DNA of 64,000 bases, taken from NCBI GenBank assembly GCA_019751815.1, contig JAIEMW010000004.1, positions 41,933-105,932 on the forward strand, written 5' to 3'. A program made the position numbers and the translations under genes. Positions 39,712 through 48,333 of the stretch are shown here, piece by piece (the first letter of the stretch is position 1; every line of letters starts with the position of its first letter). This stretch comes from Cyanobacteriota bacterium (GTDB taxonomy: Bacteria; Cyanobacteriota; Vampirovibrionia; Vampirovibrionales; Vampirovibrionaceae). The notes below the pieces were generated by a model. It was not told the origin of the DNA. It saw only the letters and a program-made list of their open reading frames with translations, and ran no database searches.

Positions 39712-39769
39712 GAGGGAGACGTCTGCCCTGGAATAGAAACCCTTAAAAAAAGAGAGAGTCCTACTCGCT

Positions 39770-41116
39770 ATGAGCTCAATGCAAAAAAATCTGCTCAAAC
39801 TTCTCACCTTTGAAGTGTTTGAGCGCCTTTCCCGGTTTTATTCTCTCCTAGAGCGCTACGGAGAAGAAGTGCCTGCTGACAACCAGCCCATCGTGGCTTA
39901 TATTGGTAAGCGTCTAGATAGCCTCCGTGACCAGTTGCTGAGTGAAAAAGCGGAGTTTAGGCTGCTCTATAGCGAGAATGCCAACCCTGTTTTGCTGAAT
40001 AGCGCACAGGCTTCTGCCATGTTGGAGCGGTGTTTGTTTCAACCCTACAATACGATGAATGAACTGCTTGCCTTATTCAGTCGAGGGGTTCGTTGTGAGG
40101 TATTGCCTGAACTATTTATTGCATTGAAAGAATTCCCCAGCCCATCAGATTTTGGCCTCGTCGGGACGGGGCAAGGCCCTTTTTCGAGAAGTATCTTGCT
40201 GGCCCAAGAGTTGCCCCATACCATCGAAGCCGCTGACTGCCCCTACCCCCCTAGTGAAGAACTGATTATTGAGGCCCTGCCCGTTTTACAGCAGGCTTCC
40301 CCTCTGGGTTGGGTTTGGCTACTAAGACGTCAGCTGAGCGCCTGGGTAAACGGTAATGAGGCATTAGAAGCGTTTCGAGTCAAAAATAAATCCGTGTTTG
40401 AGGATGTGGCTTTCTTCCGTAGGCTGGTGTTTCACCTGGCTGAAGTTCGAGTATTTGGTCCTGCAGCGTATTATTTTGGTCTGACAGAGGCACTGGTGCA
40501 GAAAGACCGCGCTTATTTTGAACGCATTGAGCCGGCCATGTTCTTTGCCGTGAACCATGGTCATTTCATCGAGAAGAATTTGGTGCTCTTTCACGAGGCT
40601 TCAGAACATGCGGGTAGTATTCTAGAGAATGCCGTGGTCTTGGGCGGGATGTCTGAGCGCTTTCTCCACAAAGATCATATCCAAGAGCTACTCCTGACGC
40701 TGGAGAGATTGCTGCCAGACAAAGTAGCCTTCACTGAAAAGCAGTTTGAGCGTGCCGTTTTGCTGCAAAACAAGCTTGAGGAAGACATTTTAATCAGCAG
40801 CTCTTCGTTTTATCCTCTCACTGAGGCTGATGAACGGCTTCAATTGTTTAACGTGGCCATTGAGAACGGAACGGCCCCTGCAGATGGGGTGTATGAAGTG
40901 CTCAACATGGTAGAAGAGGCCCCCAGCCATGTGCGAGAGATTCTCAACGCGGGTTGGATTCAGAAGCTGGAGCGGCACTCCGCATGGTTATACACAGCTT
41001 TAGAAACAGAGGACGGCTTTGAGCGACTGAAAGATTCGGTCTCCCATTTGGACGGGTTGCTGCTTCGCTCTATCGAAACCGCTGAACTACACCGCATGCT
41101 CTTGTGTTCGGCTTAA
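39770..41116 (+). CDS. Hypothetical protein co-oriented with dcd
   Basis: 448-aa ORF ending 25 bp before dcd; no family recognised with confidence. Confidence 0.8.
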   Translation: MSSMQKNLLKLLTFEVFERLSRFYSLLERYGEEVPADNQPIVAYIGKRLDSLRDQLLSEKAEFRLLYSENANPVLLNSAQASAMLERCLFQPYNTMNELLALFSRGVRCEVLPELFIALKEFPSPSDFGLVGTGQGPFSRSILLAQELPHTIEAADCPYPPSEELIIEALPVLQQASPLGWVWLLRRQLSAWVNGNEALEAFRVKNKSVFEDVAFFRRLVFHLAEVRVFGPAAYYFGLTEALVQKDRAYFERIEPAMFFAVNHGHFIEKNLVLFHEASEHAGSILENAVVLGGMSERFLHKDHIQELLLTLERLLPDKVAFTEKQFERAVLLQNKLEEDILISSSSFYPLTEADERLQLFNVAIENGTAPADGVYEVLNMVEEAPSHVREILNAGWIQKLERHSAWLYTALETEDGFERLKDSVSHLDGLLLRSIETAELHRMLLCSA

Positions 41117-41141
41117 ATAGGATTTAAAAGGAAATAGGCGC

Positions 41142-41774
41142 ATGATTTTAAACGAACTTCAAATTTTGGAACGCTTGGTCCATCCCGACCCAGAAAAGCG
41201 GATAGTGATTACTCCGTTGGTGAATCCGACCGAACAGTTTGGGCCAACTTCCGTGGATTTAAGGCTAGGCACTGATTTCCAGGTGATGCGCCGCTCCAAT
41301 CTGACCCATCTTGACCCGATGAGCGCCTGTGCCGATATGGGCCGGGGCCTGCAACGGACAATGCAGCATGTGAAAATCAGGCCCACAGAGCCCTTTGTGC
41401 TCCATCCCGGTGAGTTTGCTTTGGCTTCAACCCTAGAGTTTGTGCGTATTCCCTTGGATTTGGCTGCCCGCCTAGAAGGGCGGAGCACATGGGGACGGCT
41501 TGGTCTGCAAATTCACGCCACTGCTGGGTTCGTTGATCCTGGATTTATTGGCGCCCTGACGTTTGAGCTCTCCAATGTGAGCACCATCCCGCTGGAGCTT
41601 TATCCCGGGGTGCGGATTTCACAGATCTGTTTCTTTGAAGGGGCAGCAACCGCGTTACCCTACGCCCAAAAACGGTTTACCAAATACAGCCGAAAAGCCT
41701 CTACGGCCTCTTCTCAGTTTTTCAAAGACCCTGAGTACCAGCGGATTCGCAACGCTCAACTTATTTCGAAGTAA
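41142..41774 (+). CDS. dcd: dCTP deaminase
   Basis: PTSVDLRLG, LHPGEFALAST, EGRSTWGRLG, TAGFVDPGF.G.LTFEL, ISQICF. Confidence 0.95.
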   Translation: MILNELQILERLVHPDPEKRIVITPLVNPTEQFGPTSVDLRLGTDFQVMRRSNLTHLDPMSACADMGRGLQRTMQHVKIRPTEPFVLHPGEFALASTLEFVRIPLDLAARLEGRSTWGRLGLQIHATAGFVDPGFIGALTFELSNVSTIPLELYPGVRISQICFFEGAATALPYAQKRFTKYSRKASTASSQFFKDPEYQRIRNAQLISK

Positions 41775-42624
41775 GCGTTCTCATCACGGACTCAATTTTG
41801 TTGAGATCCACCGTTGTTCTTGGATCTAGCCCTTCTATGGGATCTTTTTTAATGCCAGCACCCAGTAGGATGCCATCCGCTGCTTGGTAGTAGGCTTGGG
41901 CATTGTCTCTATTGAGCGCAGTGCCAACCCACATGGGGACAGGGAATTCTTGCTTCAATTGTTCAATATCACCAGGGGCGAGCTCTTGCTCACTTAAGAG
42001 GAGGGTTTTTTCCATGGGGTGCTTCAGCATCGTTTGAATTAGATGTCGAAGATACCCAAGAGGGTCTCGCCATGGGGCTTCTCGCTGCGGAGCCGGGACA
42101 ACATTGTTGATAGAGACATCCAACAGCCACATCGGGGGGGTCAACAGTTTCATTTGATGCTGCGTCTGCAGCAGTTCTTGCAGGCAACCGCCGACCATAC
42201 CCGCTTCCGTAATTCGGGTACCCACCAAAACAGGGATACGGATAAATGCGGCTTGCACATTCATCGCAATGGCCAGTGATGATTTGGGATCGTTATTGAG
42301 AACAGAGATACCCAGCGGCAGCTGCGTCAGTTGTTTCACCCGTTCTGCAGCAAGTGCCATCAGCACAGCACCGGCAGGATCCAGACGCGGCTGTGTATAA
42401 GGCTGATCGTAAAAGTTTTCAAACAAGAGGGCGCTGACGCCACCACTGGCCAGCGCGGCAGCTTCTTGCTCAGCGCGGTGGATCACCTCATCCACGTCTC
42501 CCGACCAAGCGGCAGATCCCGGTAAGGGTAACAAGTGAATCACCCCAATCACCGGTTTTTTGGCAGGTTTGACCGTTGGGTGATTTGCATCTTGAAGCGT
42601 TTGAATGGGTGTCGAAGGTGACAT
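41761..42624 (-). CDS. btpA: BtpA/SgcQ family TIM-barrel protein
   Basis: IGVIHLLPLPGS, ENFYDQPY, GISVLNND, AFIR, ADG. Confidence 0.85.
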   Translation of the reverse strand: MSPSTPIQTLQDANHPTVKPAKKPVIGVIHLLPLPGSAAWSGDVDEVIHRAEQEAAALASGGVSALLFENFYDQPYTQPRLDPAGAVLMALAAERVKQLTQLPLGISVLNNDPKSSLAIAMNVQAAFIRIPVLVGTRITEAGMVGGCLQELLQTQHQMKLLTPPMWLLDVSINNVVPAPQREAPWRDPLGYLRHLIQTMLKHPMEKTLLLSEQELAPGDIEQLKQEFPVPMWVGTALNRDNAQAYYQAADGILLGAGIKKDPIEGLDPRTTVDLNKIESVMRTLTSK

Positions 42625-42773
42625 TTGGATTTAAGCCTGTTTTATGAGAGTTTTACGGTTGAGGGGAACAAGTATGGTATCTTATAACCCACACGGACCC
42701 CACGCGGACATGGTATGACACGGAATTCTCTCATAAAATAAGCCCTGAAACCTGCTTTTTTGAATTTTCTCCC

Positions 42774-44204
42774 TTGCCAATAGAATCTACCCCAAGAGAA
42801 ACCAGCCCCCTGATGAAAGAAACCTCCCTAAAAGCTTCCTTAAACCCTCTCACCACCCCGGTTATTGCCATTATCGGTCGGCCTAATGTGGGAAAGTCCA
42901 CATTGGTAAACCGAATTTTGGGAAAGCGTCAGGCCATCGTGGACGATCAACCTGGTGTCACCAGGGACCGTGCCTATTTTCCCAGTCAGTGGAACGGAAA
43001 AGACTTTATCCTCATGGACACCGGAGGCCTTGTGCCTGATGGAGACGGTGCATTTGAAAGTGAGATCAATCAACAGGTACAAATGGCACTTCAAGAAGCC
43101 CATGTGGTTGTTTTTTTGGTAGACGGAAAGTCGGGTATCACCGCTCTCGATTCTCAAATTGCCCATCAACTAAGGCAACATAAGAAAAAAGTGCTGCTGG
43201 CCGTCAATAAAGTCGACACCTTCGACGATCAGCCCTTCATCCACGAATTTCATCAACTGGGTTTGGGACAGCCTGTGCCCGTGTCTGCCTTACACGGCAG
43301 TGGTGGCGTGGGCGATCTCTTAGATGCCATGGTACTGGAAGGCTATGCTGAACTCGAAAAAGAACGTCATGAAGACGACACCCCCCTAGAATCTTCGGGG
43401 ATTATGCGTGTGGCCTTGGTGGGTCGGCCCAATGTGGGTAAATCTTCTATTTTAAACAAACTTGCAGGCAAAGAGCGTGTGATTGTCAGTGATATCCCTG
43501 GGACTACCCGTGATGCCGTCGACTGGACGGTGAACTGGGAGGGCAGGCCCTATACTTTTGTGGATACTGCCGGAATTCGCAAAAAAGGGAGAGTGGACTA
43601 CGGGGTAGAACTGTTCTCTGTAGACCGTTCTATACGTGCGGTTGAAGAATCGGATGTCACCGTGATGCTTCTCAATGCTGAAGAAGGGGTGACTGAACAA
43701 GACAAGAAGATTGTAGAAATAAGCCATAAAGCAGGCAATGCCTTGGTGTTGGTCATGAACAAATGGGACCTGGTTGAGGATAAAAATACCCATTCCGCCC
43801 AAGAGTTCAGCAAGAAGGTTTATGCTGAAATGCCCCATGCCAACTTTGCCCCGATCCTGTTCACCAGTGCCAAAACGGGGCAACGGCTCCACAAAATCTT
43901 TGAACACATTGATAAAGTGTTTGAAAACAATCACCGTCGAGTGAAAACCAGCTTGGTGAATCAGTTGATTACTGAAGCCGTCAGTTTTAACCCACCCCCA
44001 CGGATTAAAAATAAGACGTTAAACGTCCTTTACTCAACCCAGACCAGTGTGGCCCCCCCCACATTTGTGCTCTTCGTCAACAATGCTAAACTGATGAAGG
44101 ACTCCTACCGCAGATACCTCGAACATAGACTGCGGGCCAATATTGACTTTGAAGGAGCCCCGATTCGGATTCTAGCCCGAACCCGCGGGGAAAAGAAAGA
44201 CTAA
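42774..44204 (+). CDS. der: Ribosome biogenesis GTPase Der (EngA)
   Basis: Two GRPNVGKS G-domains, PGVTRD/PGTTRD, DTGG/DTAG, PPTFVLF; true start may be ATG 42813. Confidence 0.98.
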   Translation: MPIESTPRETSPLMKETSLKASLNPLTTPVIAIIGRPNVGKSTLVNRILGKRQAIVDDQPGVTRDRAYFPSQWNGKDFILMDTGGLVPDGDGAFESEINQQVQMALQEAHVVVFLVDGKSGITALDSQIAHQLRQHKKKVLLAVNKVDTFDDQPFIHEFHQLGLGQPVPVSALHGSGGVGDLLDAMVLEGYAELEKERHEDDTPLESSGIMRVALVGRPNVGKSSILNKLAGKERVIVSDIPGTTRDAVDWTVNWEGRPYTFVDTAGIRKKGRVDYGVELFSVDRSIRAVEESDVTVMLLNAEEGVTEQDKKIVEISHKAGNALVLVMNKWDLVEDKNTHSAQEFSKKVYAEMPHANFAPILFTSAKTGQRLHKIFEHIDKVFENNHRRVKTSLVNQLITEAVSFNPPPRIKNKTLNVLYSTQTSVAPPTFVLFVNNAKLMKDSYRRYLEHRLRANIDFEGAPIRILARTRGEKKD

Positions 44205-44249
44205 AAGAAACCCGTTTCTGACTAAGCGATTCTGTCTAAGCTATAACGA

Positions 44250-44885
44250 ATGACGATGTTGACTGCCACTTCCTTCACTCTTGCCTCTTACCTACTCATC
44301 GCCTACCTGCTAGGCTCAATCCCTACAGGATATTGGGTTGCTAAAAAACTTAAAAACATTGATATCCGTGAGCACGGAAGTGGCAACACAGGTGCAACCA
44401 ATGTTGGCAGAGTGGTTGGCAAAAAAGCCGGGTTATTTGTATTGCTGATTGACTTTCTCAAGGGATTTTTACCCGTCTTGGCTCTGCGTCTATGGTTACT
44501 CCCCGTGGGGACCCCCGGATTGCCAGTACCCGCTGAGTGGATTCACACCGCTGTGGCTATTTTGACCATGCTAGGGCACAGTCGCTCTATTTTTCTAAAA
44601 TTTGCAGGTGGAAAAGCCGCCATCACTGGGTTGGGTGCTGTCATTGCACTCATGCCTTTGGCAGGGACCATTTTAGGTGCGTTGGCCTACACCATTATTA
44701 AACTCTCCAAAACTGTTTCTATTGGATCAATGACAGCCGCGATCATAGCTCCATTTTTGGCTGCATTGATGGGCTACCCTGTTGCTTATCAGACATTTTC
44801 TGCTCTCAGTGCATTACTGGTGGTTTACTTACACCGCAGTAATATTAAACGACTCCTGGCTGGGACGGAAAACCGACTATCATGA
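44250..44885 (+). CDS. plsY: Glycerol-3-phosphate acyltransferase PlsY
   Basis: YLLGSIP, DIREHGSGNTGATN, DFLKG, GH, FAGGKA, HRSNIKRL. Confidence 0.96.
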   Translation: MTMLTATSFTLASYLLIAYLLGSIPTGYWVAKKLKNIDIREHGSGNTGATNVGRVVGKKAGLFVLLIDFLKGFLPVLALRLWLLPVGTPGLPVPAEWIHTAVAILTMLGHSRSIFLKFAGGKAAITGLGAVIALMPLAGTILGALAYTIIKLSKTVSIGSMTAAIIAPFLAALMGYPVAYQTFSALSALLVVYLHRSNIKRLLAGTENRLS

Positions 44886-45892
44886 AAAAGCTGACGATTA
44901 TGGGTGCAGGCAGCTGGGGCTTAACCCTGGCTTGGCTGTACGGAAACGCCATGGCCTCTCGTGGGGTTGAAGTTTGCCTTTGGTCCAGATCCAAAGACAA
45001 AATAGAGACCTTAAAGCAGACCCCTCAAATCACCTTTCCTGTTTCCCTCACCCTACCGCCCACATTGCAACTGACACACAATGTGGCAGAAGCGGTTGAG
45101 AACGCAGATATCATCTATTTGGTTGTGAGCAGTAGTGGCACTCGCTCAGTACTAGAACAGATGAAAGAGACCCGACGGGTAAACCCACAAAGCATTTTAA
45201 TCAACGCCTCCAAAGGCCTGGAGCTGCCCAGTTTAAAATCGCTCAGTACGGTCATTCTGGAAGAGTTTCCAGACAATCCCATTGGGGTGTTATCCGGCCC
45301 AACCCTTGCCCCAGAAATCGTAAAAGGCCTGCCCACAGCCGCTGTGATTGCCGCCTATGATATTCATCTGGCAGAATACCTTCAGGCACACCTGAGTACA
45401 GAAACACTGAGGCTTTATTCCAACACTGATCTTGTGGGTGTCGAATGGGGAGGGACGCTCAAAAACATATTTGCCATTGTCAGCGGGTATATGCACGCCC
45501 AATCACTAGGAGACAATGCTATTTCCGCCTTAATCACCCGAGGACTTGCGGAAATGACCCGGATTAGTCTTACGATGGGAGCCAAACAAGAAACCCTCTA
45601 TGGGCTCAGCGGACTTGGAGATTTACTGGCAACGTGTAACAGTCCTTACAGCCGAAATTTTCAGGTTGGCTTTGGGCTTGCCCAAGGGAAAGACCTACAG
45701 ACTGTGCTGACTGAGTTAAACATGGTGGCAGAAGGCGTCCGTACCACACAGGCTGTCAGCCAACTATCGGACCAATTAAAACTCGATACTCCCATAGTGA
45801 AAACCGTCGAGATGTGTTTTTCCTCGGTGATCTCACCAGAGATATTGATCAAAAGCCTGATGAGCCGGAAACTTCGCTCCGAATCTTTTTAA
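44882..45892 (+). CDS. gpsA: NAD(P)H-dependent glycerol-3-phosphate dehydrogenase
   Basis: GAGSWG, SKGLE, LSGPTLA, LKN, GLSGLGDLLATC.S..SRN, AEG. Confidence 0.97.
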   Translation: MKKLTIMGAGSWGLTLAWLYGNAMASRGVEVCLWSRSKDKIETLKQTPQITFPVSLTLPPTLQLTHNVAEAVENADIIYLVVSSSGTRSVLEQMKETRRVNPQSILINASKGLELPSLKSLSTVILEEFPDNPIGVLSGPTLAPEIVKGLPTAAVIAAYDIHLAEYLQAHLSTETLRLYSNTDLVGVEWGGTLKNIFAIVSGYMHAQSLGDNAISALITRGLAEMTRISLTMGAKQETLYGLSGLGDLLATCNSPYSRNFQVGFGLAQGKDLQTVLTELNMVAEGVRTTQAVSQLSDQLKLDTPIVKTVEMCFSSVISPEILIKSLMSRKLRSESF

Positions 45893-45906
45893 AGAGTTTC
45901 CATACC

Positions 45907-46992
45907 TTAGGGAGCCTGGACACCCACATGTTGCAGTTGCAGGCTTAAAATCAAGGCCATCATCTCCTGTCTGTAACGACCATCTGGAGCGAGACTCACG
46001 TATTTTAGACCGCAAGACAGGGCCTCTTCATCCCGGTTCAACTTATGCAGGGCCAAGGCCATCAGATAATAGGTCGTCGGATAGGATGGATTGGTTTTTA
46101 TGGACGCTTGATAAGACGAAAGTGCCTTATCGTAGCGCTGATTTTGGAAATAAACATTGCCCAGATACAGGTGAGCCCAGCCGTTATCAGGCTCCACTTT
46201 CAGAGCCTCCTGATACACTTCAGCAGCCTGGGTCAGCTTATCCTGGGAGACATAAAGATTCCCAAGGTTCAGTCTGGCGAAATTGTAGGACCGGTCATAC
46301 TGTAGAGCTGTTTTATACGCCTTTTCTGCCGCCTTAAACTGATTACTTTTTTCGTACAACAACCCGAGGTTGTTATAGGCAAAGACAAAACGCGGGCTGA
46401 GATGAATGGACTTTTCGTAAAGGAGAATGGATTCTGTATAGCGTTCTTGTTGGTCGTAGACACTGGCCAAATTAAACAGAAACACGGGGTTATTGGGTTC
46501 TAATTCCAACGCTTTTTGATAATAGCCAGCCGCTGCATCAAAGTTTTCTTGCATCAGGGCTGCCTTACCCAGGCGAAAGTAAACCACCATCAAATCTGGA
46601 TTTAACATTTGAGCCCGCTGTAATAGCATTTCGGAGCGTTTTAACATCGATCGACGGGTAGCGTCGTCCAATTGTTCTTGTTTAGACAGCTCCAACAAGC
46701 ATAAGCCTAAGTTATACAGAGCAAAAATGTTGGTCGGGTTAGCCTCTAAGGCATGCTCCAGATAAGGTGTCGCCTTAGCAAACTCTGCCGAATCCATTGC
46801 GCGGGTTGATTGGTACAGATCCCAATACTCTGAGCTTGCAAATGAAGAACTATCCAGCTTAGAGATGGGTGCATGAACCATGGACACCCGATTAAAGGCC
46901 CAAGCATGGCTTGTCAAGACAAGACTGACGGCTAAGATGCCCATCGCTAACGACGCAGACATCCATTTTTTTGGGGACACGAGATAAAACAT
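45907..46992 (-). CDS. Exported TPR-repeat protein
   Basis: Sec-type signal ending HAWA; repeated YNLG/FNLA/NNLG/LNLG...P TPR units; start uncertain. Confidence 0.88.
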   Translation of the reverse strand: MFYLVSPKKWMSASLAMGILAVSLVLTSHAWAFNRVSMVHAPISKLDSSSFASSEYWDLYQSTRAMDSAEFAKATPYLEHALEANPTNIFALYNLGLCLLELSKQEQLDDATRRSMLKRSEMLLQRAQMLNPDLMVVYFRLGKAALMQENFDAAAGYYQKALELEPNNPVFLFNLASVYDQQERYTESILLYEKSIHLSPRFVFAYNNLGLLYEKSNQFKAAEKAYKTALQYDRSYNFARLNLGNLYVSQDKLTQAAEVYQEALKVEPDNGWAHLYLGNVYFQNQRYDKALSSYQASIKTNPSYPTTYYLMALALHKLNRDEEALSCGLKYVSLAPDGRYRQEMMALILSLQLQHVGVQAP

Positions 46993-47290
46993 ATAAAACG
47001 ATCTCAAACTTCTATCCAGTTTTCTGGCTGGTATTCAGGGGTGTTTTTTAGAGTTTTTCAGGCTAACCGTGTTTTATATTCTGGGGACACATGCAAATAG
47101 GCATAATTCTATACTCTTTGCATTTTACTTTATTTTATATAGTTAATCTAGTCTTTACCTAAAAAAACAGGTTACAAAAGTATATATACAGCCCTCTTAA
47201 ACCCTAGTGAGACAGTTGTTTTCAGCTAATACCTCTTGCCTAGTGGCTTTGGGTTGGCTTTTTCATCAAAATAAGTCAAGATAGAAGGCA

Positions 47291-47602
47291 ATGGATAGAG
47301 ATCTTGAATTGCAATGCCTGTTGCTTCATCACATTTTTAGATTGTCCCAGTCACTGAGACAAGGAGAATCCACGCTGGATGAGCTTCCTAGCTCAGCAGA
47401 ACTCGCCAGAACCTATAATCTAAGGGTTGAAACAGTGAAGAAGAAATTAAAGCACCTGCTTCATTTGGGTCTGATTCACGCGATCAGCGTCAGCCCCAAA
47501 CGGTATCGATTTGATCCGTTTGGATTCTCTGAACTTGATGTTGGCAGCGAGATCTACCCTATTCTTCACGATGAAACGTCTATCTATTACTTAGACATTT
47601 GA
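47291..47602 (+). CDS. Small winged-HTH protein
   Basis: LPSSAELARTYNLRVETVKKKLKHLLHLGLI resembles a GntR-type wHTH. Confidence 0.7.
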   Translation: MDRDLELQCLLLHHIFRLSQSLRQGESTLDELPSSAELARTYNLRVETVKKKLKHLLHLGLIHAISVSPKRYRFDPFGFSELDVGSEIYPILHDETSIYYLDI

Positions 47603-48166
47603 AGTCGGCCAGATCGTCGTGCTATCAGAAAGAGATTCTTCTGTGTTAGCCCACTCTAAAATGGCTTCCTGAAAGTTAGCGCCTCGCAAATCTGCCCCCA
47701 CGAAGTTGGCATCTTGGAGTTCCGCTTTGCAAAAACTAGCCAAAGAGAGCTGTGCCTCTTCAAAAGAAGCGGTCTTCCCGCAAACTCCGGTAAAATTGGC
47801 TTCTGAACAGTCACTATTGTTAAAATGGGCGCCTGTCAGATTGGCAAAAGACCAATTGGATTCTTGAGCAAGCGCCATAAAAAAATCCGTCTCGACGCAA
47901 GAGGCGTGCATGAAAGAAGTCATCACCAGAGAAGCATCTGCCAGATAAGCCCGGTCCAGACATGCCTCAGTTAAATTGGCATTACTGAAGTTAACACCTG
48001 CGAGATCTTGGTCAGCAAAATCAAAACCACTGAGATCCACAGGGGCATATGCCGCATCTTGACGAAGTTGGTTAAAGGCCGCCACACCCTGTTCTCGCAG
48101 TACACGGTAGAGTAGTTCGGCCTCAGTAGGCTCTTGGGGTATATTTTTTGAAGGCATAGAAGACAT
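47591..48166 (-). CDS. Pentapeptide repeat protein
   Basis: A(D/N)LxG / ANF pentapeptide runs; probable ATG 48166. Confidence 0.88.
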   Translation of the reverse strand: MSSMPSKNIPQEPTEAELLYRVLREQGVAAFNQLRQDAAYAPVDLSGFDFADQDLAGVNFSNANLTEACLDRAYLADASLVMTSFMHASCVETDFFMALAQESNWSFANLTGAHFNNSDCSEANFTGVCGKTASFEEAQLSLASFCKAELQDANFVGADLRGANFQEAILEWANTEESLSDSTTIWPTSNV

Positions 48167-48333
48167 ATGGGTGTATCCACAGGAAGAAACAAAAAACAGC
48201 AACGAGCAAAGAACAGCAACGAACATTATAAGCACATACCAACAAACGCTAGCAATAAATTCTGGCTATTTTTATCCATTTCTCGCATAATCAGGCTGTA
48301 AGTCACGAGTACACTGACAGTAAGGTCTTTGCC

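Noticed and set aside
41142..41774. dcd as the described anti-phage dCTP deaminase
   Set aside because: That system uses a kinase-like domain plus a Zn cytidine-deaminase fold; this is the trimeric dUTPase-like Dcd.
48167..48235. Lipoprotein-like signal (VSSC) on the pentapeptide protein
   Set aside because: No basic n-region, and a downstream ATG has a better RBS; cannot be supported.
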